DNA from: Nemertoderma westbladi | Lineage: Eukaryota; Animalia; Xenacoelomorpha | Direction of reading: 5' to 3' | DNA: 55,448 nucleotides | NCBI GenBank assembly: GCA_032718475.1 | Contig: JAUCBJ010001747.1 | Location: 1 to 55,448, forward strand | Part shown: in pieces, positions 1 through 12,900 of the stretch | Layout of the letters: every line of letters begins with the position of its first letter | Numbering within the stretch: position 1 is the stretch's first letter | Made by a program: the position numbers and the translations under genes | The notes under the pieces: generated by a model | What the model was told of the DNA's origin: nothing | Database searches by the model: none | The model's input: the letters and a program-made list of their open reading frames with translations, nothing else

Positions 1-165
1 AATCATTGTAAATTGTTGTTTTTCTTCCCTGACAACTTCCAAATTACAGTAATTAATTTTTCGGAATATTTCGAAAATTTAAATTAATTGAATTGAGCAT
101 TCACTCACAGATTGTTGCAGTATTTACAGTATGTGCCGGTACCGTTAACCTTTTTATTCACGCAG

Positions 166-3100
166 GTGGCTTTATCTAACGACGTGGTAGACAGTGCTAT
201 TGTTACAGCTCTCGATCAGATCTGCAACTATATGGGGGGTGGAGCATTAATTGTAAGTAAATCAGTTTCCTTGTGTTCTGGGCACAAGGAAATACTCCAT
301 ACTCAACGTTGTCGGTCATATAAACATATAATATTATTTTTATTTATCATCAATTATGTATAAACAAATTGTATGTTAATTAGGCAGGTTTAGGGGAGAG
401 TAGAGAAGGTCTATGTATGAAGAGACACCATAGTTTTGGTGTATTGAGTTGTAATTTTACGCAGCTTAGCTATTTCAGGTTCTATAAGTTTCAGTATTGT
501 TTGAGGTAATATACGAACTTTTTTTTATTGGCCTATTTCATAGTAGGTTGTAAAAACGCTTTTAAAATCTTTCATAGGAATAATTTTTAGCTCAATTAAA
601 TTACAATATTTATTTTTCTGTCAATCTAGCAATTAAAATAGGAAAATGAAATACAAATTCAAAAAATATTGCCACTGGAATTATTATTACTTTTAGGAAG
701 ATATCGATAGTTTTTACACGTTTTTGCCGCCAATCATTGTTCGTTGTCTTTCAGTTTCATTAACTTTAAATCTTGATTTATTTGGCAGTGCCGTTCTTTT
801 GTCAATAACTACGTACCCAAGTTGATTCAGGCCTTCGTTTCCATTTCTTCAAAAGAACTCTGTACGGATATCGATCTGTGTGATTCCACTATGAAACTTA
901 TAAGTTCTATTCAACAAGTAAGTTACTAAAATGTTGCCCAGATTACGATTTTGTGTTGAATTACATTGCTATTACATTAATTAAATTGCATACTTTAAAT
1001 ATCGGTGGTTGGACGTCGTGTATTGTTGTGTATTGCTTTAATTTATTTTTTATCTATTTCCCGCCATATATACCAATGTATATCTCCATATGGTGTTACC
1101 ACCTTGTCACCATGTTACCCTTCGTGTACTACATGGTTACTACCGGAGTACTACACCACTGGGTCTCCATGGTTCCCTCCGTGTGGCACCCTGTCTCCAT
1201 GGTTACCCTCTGTGTACTACTGAGTCTCCATGGTTACCCTCCATGTACCACTGAGTCCCCATGGCTACCCTCCGTATACCACTGGGTCTAAATGGTTACC
1301 ACCCGTGTACCACACCACTGATTCTCCATGGTTACCCACCGTGTACCACATCAGCTCCCTGGTTTGAATGAATTTCAACATTTCTCAACCTTTTTTATTA
1401 CTTTATACAGGTTGTGGCTAGCAACCCCGAAGCCTTCGAGAGCTCCACTGTTTGTGATGATTGTAAGTTAGCTATCACTACGGTGCAAGGTGTACTCAAA
1501 GACCCCAACAACCAACAACTCATTATCAAAGTAGTCGATACTCTTTGCGACAAACTTGGCGGGGAAGCTGCGATTTGCAAAGCTTTAGTACAAAATTATC
1601 TTCCACAGATAATAGCTAAATTCACTTCGCTTGTAAGTAAATTACTAGTTATTACTAGTTACTAGTTACTAGTAAACTACTAGTTATTCATTTAATGGTA
1701 AATTAGTTATTATTTTTGTTCTTACGCATAAACACCCCATTTCTTCTACATTGTTAATTATTTTCAGAATAAAGTGTATATTTGTATAAAAGGTGCATTA
1801 TTAATTATTATTACTAATATTACTTTAATTTTGAAAGTTTTGAAGCTAAAAACGTTCCTCCTAAACCTTAATATTAGATAAGCCGGTATTCTTTCGCATT
1901 ATTCATTACAGAACCCTGGATAATATTTAAAACACAAATTTGCGGCCCATAAATATTTACATCCCTTCCATTATAGACCAATATCCCGGCACTATTAAGT
2001 AGACCACTCACTTGGCGGCCCACTTCATATAAAGCAGCCTTTCATCTGGGGTAATTAACGTACCACAAAATAGTATAGTGCACGTGCACTGTGCCTGGGA
2101 TAGGTCACTGGATATCAAGGCCCAGGCGTGCCCAACTCGCCTGCCTGGGTTGATACAAATTATTTTGATTGATGGGGTGAAGCAATCAATATTAATTATA
2201 ATTTATCTAATGTTTAACGGAAAACTTATTATTTATTGTGCAACAGTCACGATTGACCTCTGACCCGCCAAAAGTCTATAAAGTCAAAACGGTAGGCCTA
2301 CCATCGCTGTTTTGACATAGAGAGAGATTACCGAGTGCAGAGAGCTGAGTTCAAATAGCGTGGAAGCCGCATCAAGTATTTTACGACTTGAGGTGACTGT
2401 GTCCGTCCACTTTGTTAGATTGACTAAGACGTTATCGTTGACTAATTTCAAGATTGTTGGTAAATTCCTTGGGCCACTTTGTCTTCTAACAGACCCAAAG
2501 TCCCCCACACCCCCTTATTCAGACAATCATTTTTCCACAGGTGCAAAGGTTTAACCACATAAAAATGGATGTAATCATGACCCTTTATAGGCCTACTGTA
2601 CCTTACACTTTAACTCCTTAAAGTCATATTTAATCTTAATTTTCTTATGTGAATTTATATAAGACCGGATTTATATAAGATTTATATAAAACTGTTTTTA
2701 CAGGATCCAGCAACTCTCTGCTCAGATATCGATTTGTGCGAAACTAAAACTGTTTTAGTATCCGATCCTAATGATGTTTGTTCTGATTGCGAACAAGGAG
2801 TGGAATATCTACAGGTAGGATGAAGTGATGTGATGTATAATAGCAGCCTAACGATTGGTTGGGTAGAATGGGTACTGTTATAATAACTTGTGATTGATTG
2901 TTTCACCTGATTACATTTTTTTCAGGATGTTTTAGCTTCAAGTGAAATAGACAAGATGATTGTTACAGCCCTCGATCAGATCTGCAACTATATGGGCGGT
3001 GGAGCTACGATTGTAAGTTGTAGATCAGTGTGTATTTGGTAATAGTGAAAGTTCTCTAACTAAATCGTTTAAAAGTTCTCGGGGTAGTAATAATGTATGT

Positions 3101-6100
3101 ATGATCTAATTTTTGTTTGTTGATTGTTTGAAAAAAAAGAGCAGAAAAAGCAAGAAAGCAGAAAGAAAAAGCAGACAAAAGATTTAAAATTATAAATTAG
3201 TACCGGTACTGGATGAATATTGAAAGTTAAATAAGAAAGTTCGCTGTAGAATTCACTACTGTAACTAACTAACGTTACTTTAAATTCTACGTTTCAGGAC
3301 TACGTATTCTTTACGAAATCGATCCCATATTTTCCAGTCCCCTCCTAATAATTTGACCTACACATAATATGTTACAGTGCCGTTCTTTTGTCGATAATTA
3401 CGCACCGAAATTGATCCAGGCCTTCGTTTCTATGACTCCACAAGAACTTTGTACCGACATCGATTTGTGTGGGTCGACTGTAGAGTTCATACGTTCTATG
3501 CAAAACGTAAGTGAATCTAAACGAACGTGATGAAAGTCGATTAATTAGTCCTAATTACAGAAATCTAACTTTACGTTTCTTGATCGCTTAAATATTTACA
3601 ATGAGAGGCATTATTTATAGGTCTATGAAGACATATTTTTGAGATTTAATAAAGAAAAATCATCTTTCAAGTTGGAGGCAAACGCAAATCACTGGCTTCT
3701 GATTGGCTGAAAATTAAATTAATTAATTTTAGAACCGATGGAATGGATATACGGCTATAAATATTAATTAGTAGTAGATTGTTTATTAATATTGATTAAT
3801 GATAAATATATAACCCAGGTTGCCACCAAGGAGTATTCAAAAGTTAAGGAAACAGACACAGCATGCGACGATTGTAAGCTGGCTATTACTACTGCGCAAG
3901 GTGTTCTTAACGACCCCAACAATCAAAAAATTATTATCAACGCAGTCGACAGTCTTTGCGACAAACTGGGAGGCGAGGCCCCGGTTTGCAAAGCTTTGGT
4001 TCAAACCTACTTACCTGAACTCATTGCTAAAATAACTTCCATAGTAAGTTACATTCTCTTCATTTACCTTTCGTTGAATATTACATGTGTGTCTCTGTTC
4101 CTTTTGTATGACGTACCATTGTAACTTATTGTAGCAATACTTTCCCCTGCTTAATAATAATTGTAGGCCTAAAGTACCTTATGGCTACCGTTCCACCTTA
4201 TATGTTACGCAATAATCTGTTTTTCAAAAATCAATATGACTTCTCTGTGTAACGATGTACTGTACCTATGCTGTGACCTACTGTACTCCGGCTGTATACG
4301 CATATTGTCTTGTACTGTACATTTGTGACATATTAAATTTCGTGTACCACAGCGACTTATATGTACCATATATATTATTAGTAACACTGAGCATTCTGTG
4401 TGCCATTGCGATGTACGTGTAAGGTGTAAGGTACCTGCAGGCTGCAGCAGCACAGCTGCTGTACCTTTTGTGGCCCAGTGATCTAGTCTGGCTCTGCTGT
4501 TTTCACTTTACTGGTTTTAAGTAAAAACCCGCAGGATACACAAGGGCTGAATCTAACCACAACAATATACGATATCCTAGAGAAACTCAGTAAAGCGGAA
4601 ACAAAACCGTGGCTCCTATTCCGAGATGAGAAATCCTCAATCGCCCCAATCGGTGCTTCACGTCTCAAACTTCAATTTACCAACTTAGTTGGGACCCCAA
4701 ACATTCCCCCCAACTGCCCAATAATCCCAGTCTCCTCCAATGCCGAGAGAAACTCAACCGAGTGGTACAATGATCCCATTACTCCTGACGAAGTTATACA
4801 ATCTGTAACTGGCTCCAAAAATAACAAAACCTGTGGCCCAGGTCGTTGTACTCTACGAACACTTAAAATACGCGGCCCATTTCGTTATACCATATATGGT
4901 TCTCCTATTCAATACCTGTCTTAACCTAGGTAAGATACCATCACTCTGGAAGCAAAGTATAATCTCTATATTATATAAGCACAAAGGCGAGGTCAACGAC
5001 CCCGACAATTATAGCGGAATAGCCCTTCTATCCGTTCTACTTAAGATCCTTACTGCCATGATAAACAAACGTGTCATTCGAAATATAATTCATCTTATAC
5101 CCAATTTTCAATTTGGCTTTCTACCTGGGAGATCCACCCACCAGGGCGTGGATCAGCTCCTATCCGATATCTGGGCGGCATTTCAAACCCCGGTAAACGG
5201 AAAGCGTGTCCTGTACGCCGCGTTCGTCGACTTCCGTAAGGCTTTCGACGTCGTCAGTAGGGCGGTCCTCCTTTACAAGATATACCAACTCGGCATCCGT
5301 GGGACGCGAACACTCTCTGCACAGACATTGGACTTTATATTTAATTTATTTAGGACGCGAACACTCTCTGCACAGACATTGGACTTTATATTTAATTTAT
5401 TTAGGACGCGAACACTCTCTGCACAGACATTGGACTTTATATTTAATTTATTTAGGACGCGAACACTCTCTGCACAGACATTGGACTTTATATTTAATTT
5501 ATTTAGGACGCGAACACTCTCTGCACAGACATTGGACTTTATATTTAATTTATTTAGGACGCGAACACTCTCTGCACAGACATTGGACTTTATATTTAAT
5601 TTATTTAGGACGCGAACACTCTCTGCACAGACATTGGACTTTATATTTAATTTATTTAGGACGCGAACACTCTCTGCACAGACATTGGACTTTATATTTA
5701 ATTTATTTAGGACGCGAACACTCTCTGCACAGACATTGGACTTTATATTTAATTTATTTAGGACGCGAACACTCTCTGCACAGACATTGGACTTTATATT
5801 TAATTTATTTAGGACGCGAACACTCTCTGCACAGACATTGGACTTTATATTTAATTTATTTAGGACGCGAACACTCTCTGCACAGACATTGGACTTTATA
5901 TTTAATTTATTTAGGACGCGAACACTCTCTGCACAGACATTGGACTTTATATTTAATTTATTTAGGACGCGAACACTCTCTGCACAGACATTGGACTTTA
6001 TATTTAATTTATTTAGGACGCGAACACTCTCTGCACAGACATTCGACTTTATATTTAATTTATTTAGGACGCGAACACTCTCTGCACAGACATTGGACTT

Positions 6101-9091
6101 TATATTTAATTTATTTAGGACGCGAACACTCTCTGCACAGACATTGGACTTTATATTTAATTTATTTAGGACGCGAACACTCTCTGCACAGACATTGGAC
6201 TTTATATTTAATTTATTTAGGACGCGAACACTCTCTGCACAGACATTGGACTTTATATTTAATTTATTTAGGACGCGAACACTCTCTGCACAGACATTGG
6301 ACTTTATATTTAATTTATTTAGGACGCGAACACTCTCTGCACAGACATTGGACTTTATATTTAATTTATTTAGGACGCGAACACTCTCTGCACAGACATT
6401 GGACTTTATATTTAATTTATTTAGGACGCGAACACTCTCTGCACAGACATTGGACTTTATATTTAATTTATTTAGGACGCGAACACTCTCTGCACAGACA
6501 TTGGACTTTATATTTAATTTATTTAGGACGCGAACACTCTCTGCACAGACATTGGACTTTATATTTAATTTATTTAGGACGCGAACACTCTCTGCACAGA
6601 TATTGGAATGTGCAAAGCGAAAACTAGATCTCGTCTTCGGTCCAACACACAATGTATTCTGTGCGAATTTATTATCAGAGAAATAGAAGAAAAGTTACCC
6701 ACCAATGCTACTGAGGTCAGTTCGTTTTTCTTTAATAAATTAATCGGCGACATTCATATTAATGAAATACTGTAGGCCTACAACTGTACTGTACATCTTT
6801 AGTGTAGACTTTCACACATAAACAAGAATCTATCTAATCTATCTGTTCTACTGAACCTCAAAAAATATATACTTTAATAGAAAGTAACAGCTGGCTGGCA
6901 TAATAAAACGCATTCACTGCAGAGCCTGATTCTCACGTTTGGAAATTGGACATTTAAAGTGGAAACTCGTATTTTTCACAATATGAAAAAATAATTTCCC
7001 AGTGAAAAATGTGTCAGTTGAGGAATAATTATGTTATAATAATTACTCATATCGATAAAATAGTATTTTTTGCACAACCTATCTCACTTTCTGGCCTTTT
7101 ATTTCTTACCTTTTAGAAACGACCGGGGTGAGGCCCCGTGTGGGGGTGGGGATGAAAACATCGGCTACTTTTTCATTAAAAATGTTTATTTTATCAATTT
7201 CATCAGTCGGCGATTATCCACGCTGTGGAGGAGATTTGTACTGTTTTACCGAAGACCGTGGGAGCGGAATGTAAACAATTTATCGAGATATACGGACCGG
7301 CGATAATTAAGTTGTTAAAGAGCGAAGTTCTACCGGGTCGAATGTGTTCCTTAATAGGTCTTTGTAGCGGAAAACGTGGAAGATTCGGTAAGAATAATAT
7401 ATGTCTATCTGTGGGGCGAGTCAAAATGCGAGCCATTAGTTAACGGTTGTTATAATTATATGGCCGTTTTACAAAGTTTGGCCTCAGTGTGTCATTGAAA
7501 ATAATAATTTAACTTTCCGCACCGATCAATAAATTAATGATATCGTGCAGTGGCGCCAAATATGTTACTTTTGGAAATTTATGCATTATGGGGGTCGAAT
7601 TTTGTGCTCTATTTTTGAACTTAAATGTGAATTTTAATTGTTATCGTGGCTTTATTTTCACTCACTCACTAACGTTCGTTCGTGTAACAAAACCACTCGG
7701 ATCATCACACTGAGTTTGAAAATAGTTATTATTATATATATACCTACGGTATAAAACCTATCAACTACAACCTATAACATTAAGTGCAGTTTAGAGGCCT
7801 GTATGTTATGGAAGTCATCAGCAACTCTATTCCAGTGGAGTGGTACCGGTAAGCAAAGCGTTAAGGTATACAGTAAAAGCCAATGAAGAGTTTAAGGGTC
7901 CACGGTTACAAATCCTGAAAAAAGTTATTATTACATAATTATAATTATTAATAAAAAAAAATACATATTATTTATATAAATACTAATAATTATTAATATT
8001 TACATGTAGGTATTAATTAATTTCATATAAATTGTTGTTTTATTACAGTAACCATGTCGTCAGGTCCCCCACCTGAGTCATGCGAACTTTGTAAGTTGGT
8101 TTACAACTACGCACAAACATTGTTAGAAACCGACAAAGATTCCATTGAGCACGTTGTCGACAAAGTCTGTAACTTTCTTCCCGACAGAGTCTACCATAGT
8201 GTAAGTTATTCTATATTAAATTCATCAATTATAGCAAAGTAGGCCACGTCATGATTCATGATATATGTGGTTTTACATCACATTTTGAACGCACTTAGAC
8301 CCCAAAACCAAAACACTACGATTGACCAGCATTGCGGACTCTGGTAGAGCTGTCACTGCTTGACTATCAGGATTATCATATTGATTTTTCCGTGAGTACA
8401 ATGTTTTTTTTTGGATACTTTTAAAAAACAAAAAAAAATACAAATATTTTCCCACTCATTTTTATCTTATCATAAAATACCTGAACGGATACGAAAACGA
8501 CTTGACATTTTTGAATTATAGGATGTTCAATATACTGTTTATAAGATTTGATTAATGTTTAGTGCGAACAGTTTGTAAACAAGTTCATTGATCTCATGGT
8601 GGATGAACTTCGGAATGAAGTAACTCCATCGGTGGCCTGCGGTGACATGGGCATGTGTCCTTCGATGAAAATAGTCGACTACCATGGGACCATATGCGAG
8701 AAAGGACCTAAAGTTTGGTGTGCAAACAAACAAAACGCTATCCAATGTGGGGTAAGTTTCAACATACAAAACTCTATCCAATAAGGGGTAAGTTCAACAA
8801 ACAAAACTCTATCCAATGTGGGGTAAGTTCAACAAACAAAACTCTATCCAATAAGGGGTAAGTTCAACAAACAAAACTCTATCCAATAAGGGGTAAGTTC
8901 AACATAAAAAACGCTACCCAATATGTTATGTATTTACAATTTGAGGTAATGCAATGTGTTGTTGGGTCAGTAGGTCAGTAGTAAAGTAACTATTTATATT
9001 CACTAACATATTGATAATATATTATATTCCTTATTCAACTTTATATATTGCGTTACAGGCCGTCAAGCATTGTATGAGGAACTTTTGGTAA
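166..9091 (+). CDS. PSAP: Prosaposin-like precursor, 3' portion (at least 6 saposin B domains plus C-terminal saposin A domain); 5' end lies outside the window
   Basis: AG/GT-bounded, phase-compatible exons: 166-252, 789-917, 1411-1632, 2704-2814, 2926-3012, 3378-3506, 3819-4043, 6578-6715, 7207-7387, 8049-8200, 8563-8751, 9059-9091 (TAA). The translation shows repeated saposin Cys patterns (CDDCK...DTLCDKL...CKALVQNYLP...LC..IDLC; CILCEF...NATE; CELCK) and a terminal SapA motif CEKGPKVWC...AIQCG/AVKHC...W*. Confidence 0.93.
1085..1358. repeat. Degenerate ~32-bp minisatellite in a prosaposin intron
   Basis: Repeated ctccatggttaccc(t)ccgtgtaccactg(g/a)gt units. Confidence 0.8.
4560..5302 (+). 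mobile_element. Non-LTR retrotransposon (LINE) fragment, N-terminal part of reverse transcriptase, 3'-truncated at the 51-bp array
   Basis: PITPDEV...KNNKTCGP (frameshifted), then IPSLWKQSII..LYKHKG...NYSGIALLS..LKILT, QFGFLPGRST and FVDFRKAFDVV motifs. The 5' boundary is approximate. Confidence 0.85.
5303..6607 (+). repeat. 51-bp tandem array (25 full units plus the terminal true exon start) made of a prosaposin splice acceptor and the first 30 nt of the exon
   Basis: Unit gacgcgaacactctctgcacagacattgga+ctttatatttaatttatttag, starting at 5303+51k; one visible variant at 6044. The last copy runs into the exon DANTLCTDIGMCK...CILCEF. Confidence 0.95.
8725..8922 (+). repeat. ~35-bp tandem array of prosaposin exon end plus 5' splice donor (5 GTAAGT copies)
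   Basis: aacaaacaaaac(g/t)ctatccaat(gt/aa)ggg|gtaagttc units; GT at 8752, 8788, 8823, 8858, 8893. Confidence 0.9.
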
Positions 9092-9915
9092 ATTCGACTA
9101 CAAACATATTAATCGATGCTTGTCGTCACTCACTCATTAGTCGTCACTCACAAAAATATTTATGGTGGAAATTCTTACAAGAACAAACAATTATTATTAA
9201 TGGATTGATATTAATAAGAATTTGTAATATTTATTTATTTAAATTTATTTAATAATTACATTGGGTAAATCACCTCGTTGTATTACGCGCATTGTATGTT
9301 TAATATTGGTAAATCTATATTCTTGGATATTCGAGAATTTCTGTACTCAAAATTATTAGTATTAAAATTTATCCGTTTTGTTTAATACATATTATGTAAT
9401 CCGACAATATTTATAGTTTTAATAATAATTATAAAAACTGTGGCAAATCTTGTACCAATTTGAGAAATGTATTGCGCTTATTCTTTAAAAAAATTATATG
9501 CGAATTAGAGGGGAAGTGAGGTTTATAATATGTTACTGTTACTGTATTATACATTACACATATTCACTGTTATTAACCTTATCAAAGTATTTCCATGCTG
9601 CTTAGTATACATACTATCAGTTAGCACTTTGTAAAAGCTTCTGTGGGATATAACTGGCCCCTTTTGCTTCGCAATCCAGTTTCCCCCCAGGCGCTGGAAT
9701 ACTCTAAAAAGGTTCTCTAACTGTATATATATTCCCCTCGCCCGCAAGGTACCGTTACAGGTGTTTTAACGGACATAAAAGTCATTCTGCTATATACGTG
9801 TTTTGGCGGACATGGTAAGGCAAAAAACCTGTAATGCACCAATTACACCGGTAATTGCACCGATAGCTCCAGTAGTTCGGATACTGTTGAGCGGACGCCA
9901 GAACGCGGAGCGAAG

Positions 9916-12900
9916 ATGGCGGATACGGTTTATGATGGGCGGCCAGCCTGTGGGGAATCAACCGACGCCACTTCTTCTCAAGTGGAAAGTGAGGTGGAAA
10001 GCGAAGTGGAAAGTGAGGTGGAAAGCGAAGTGGAAAGCGAGGTGGAAAGCGAAGTGGAAAGCGAATTAACATCAGCAGAGAAGCCGCGAACTAGAGACGC
10101 TATCGACATTTATTTGTCCGACTATCAGCGATTCCTAGGAGACGAAGAGTTGAGGAGACGGCTGTCTGGACTTTCCCCTAATAGTGAAGGAACCAAGCTT
10201 GTGTTGGACGCAATCGATGCCGAAATGTTAGCTGCAAACCAAGCTGAATGTGATGAAAAACTCCGCCTCGTTAGAGTCCAAGAAGAACAAATAAAGAAAA
10301 GAAGGATAGAGGAACAAAAAACGGCGGCTATGGCGGAGGCTATAGCAGATGCAGAAGCAGAAAGAAAGGCAGCGGCGGCAGAAGTAGAAGCAGAAAGAAA
10401 AGCAGCAAAGGCGGCGGCTGCGGCAGATGCAGAAGCAGAAAGAAAGGTGGCAAAGGCAGTGAGAGAAGCAGAAAGAAGAGCATCTGAGCAGACTACCCAA
10501 CTGGAGTTGGAGAATCTGCAAGAGACACAAGACAGTATAAATAAACAGTTTACTGCTAATCAAATGCAGATGATGAGTCGATCTACTCCCAAGCGCCAAG
10601 GATACACATCATCGGAGGAAGGCGAGACCACCGATCCTGAAGGCGGAGGAAATAGATCTCGTCTAAGCAGGCGTAGAAAAACATCTCACCGTCATAAACT
10701 GCCTGATTTGCCCCCCGCTGTTAAAAGACAGCTAACTAGCACAGATTTAGGTAGTGCAGAACCCATAGAACAATTTATCCAGGTCAAAAGACTCCCTACT
10801 ATAGTCGATGAACCTGAAATAATTAGGCCTGTAGTTCCCAAAGTCACTTCTGTGCTAGAGACCCCTACACTTCCAGAGCTTAACTCTAAATTCCCTTTAC
10901 ATAGCACTACACTGCCTGTACCCGGTGGAACAGTCCATGCAAATACCCCTGTCCAGATAGCAGAGAGAGAAATCAATAATTTGTCTCCCGTCGTCCCGCG
11001 TCAGCCCGCTACTATGTTGGCGACTCCCGCTTCGGCGGTTGAGTGGGTGGAAGAGGGACGGCGGGGGATGAATCTCCTGCTAGGACAGATGCAGGAGACT
11101 GTCCACCAACTTAAGGGAACAGTGAGGGAAGGTAGAGCAGAGTTACAAGAAGTGCAGCAAAGTATCGCGCTAGAACGAATGAAATGGTTACCTTTCAACG
11201 AATATTACAAAGATAGCATACAGAACTCTGTACTATCTAACGGAGAGAAACTTAGATTCCTCATCAAGTGCTTGGAAGGACCTCCCAAGTTAATGGCGTT
11301 AAAGTTTATTGGACATCCAGATGGATTAAGACAAGTTTGGGATACATTAAACATCAGGTATGGTAACAAGGATAACATAGCTAAGTATTTGTATGCAAAA
11401 TTAGTAGCCCCCCGACACTTCCTTAGTAGCGGGATTATAGAGTTTTCCGATGAAATTCAAGAGATCTGTAGACAACTGGACTGGTTAGGTAAGTCGCATG
11501 AATATCAGAGTTCCATGGTCATTGGAGCCGTAGTCTCTACTTTACCAAAGGGTGGAGTATGTACGCGCTGGGACAAGAAAGTGTTGTACATGAATGAACA
11601 ACAACGACGAAGTCCTACCATGGCTGATCTCATGTCCTTCTTAGATAGTGAAGTAAAATTACAACTCATAAGGCAGTCCAGAGAGAAAACATCGGAAAAT
11701 AAGGTAAGTGAGAAACCCGTTTCTAGGAGAAGGATAATACCAGTGTGCTACACTGACGACGGCGAAAGCCAAGCTTCTCAAGAAGAAGACAGCGGGAAAG
11801 ACACCGAACGATCTTACTATGACAACAAGACCTATAAAGACGTAAGTAAATACAAGTCTCGAACCAGTGACAGGAGAGAACAGGTAACAACAACTCCTCC
11901 TACGTCTCCTAAGAGAATTCACGGAAAAAAGCCCGAAGAAAGAACGAGAGTGCAGAACGTTAACCAAGTTAAGGTGAGTAACATCAAACCAAAATGTGCG
12001 CTGTGCGACGGGCCCCACCGTTTGAGTGCGTGTGCAGAATTCCTAAAGAAATCCCTGGCAGATAGACGTGGAGTCCTGTGGGATAAGCGGTTATGTTATA
12101 ACTGTCTCAGACGCGGACACCAGCGGCGAACCTGTTACTCTGACGCAAGGTGTGCTAAGTGCGGCGCGAAACATCATAGCTTGTTGCACACGGAATTCGA
12201 ACGAAACAGCCCGAGTCAGGTAAGTGAGCCCAAATCACATGTCCAATTCAGTGATGTGAACGACACTGACCAAAGTTCTGAGTGGGAAGGATTCTATACG
12301 GACGAATTCTCCGATGCCAACGAATCCTGTTATCTAATAAATACCGCAGTATATCGAGCACTTACGTACGAAAAAGACACCGACACGGAGTTCCCCCCAA
12401 CCACCTTTGACAAACAACCATCTTGGAAAGCTCCAGCTTCCAACGTAGGAATCAGAGAATTTCCTGTAGTTCAAGTAAGAGTTCACGGTCTTAACAAAAG
12501 CTACATAGTGAACGCCCTCCTTGACTCCGGCAGCACAGGAACATTCATCGATCAAGAACTAGCCGAAGATATCTTTGCTGGACAACCCAAATTCCAAACT
12601 AAGTTGAATATGTCCGGAATTATGCAGGTTTGGAAATCTACCATAACGGCAGATTACTATGTAGGTGTGTTGTCCACCCCCCAGGATAAATTAGGAGCAC
12701 AAAGTATAAGGTCAGTAAAAATGGTGGCTATAAAGAACTTCGCTACTACCCAAGCAGACCTTTATAATTGGGACGAGGATGAGAGCATCCAACATCTTAA
12801 GATACCTCGATTCCAGACAGATTATCCTGGAGTGCAAATACTTATCGGCCAAAACGCGCACGAGGCGCTCGAGACATTGGAAAAACGACCTGCTCAACCG

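Noticed and set aside
4833-6686. Long ORFs (617, 473 and 459 aa) across the 51-bp array
   Set aside because: By-products of a unit length divisible by 3. The meaningful frame is the prosaposin exon frame, which has stops in each unit.
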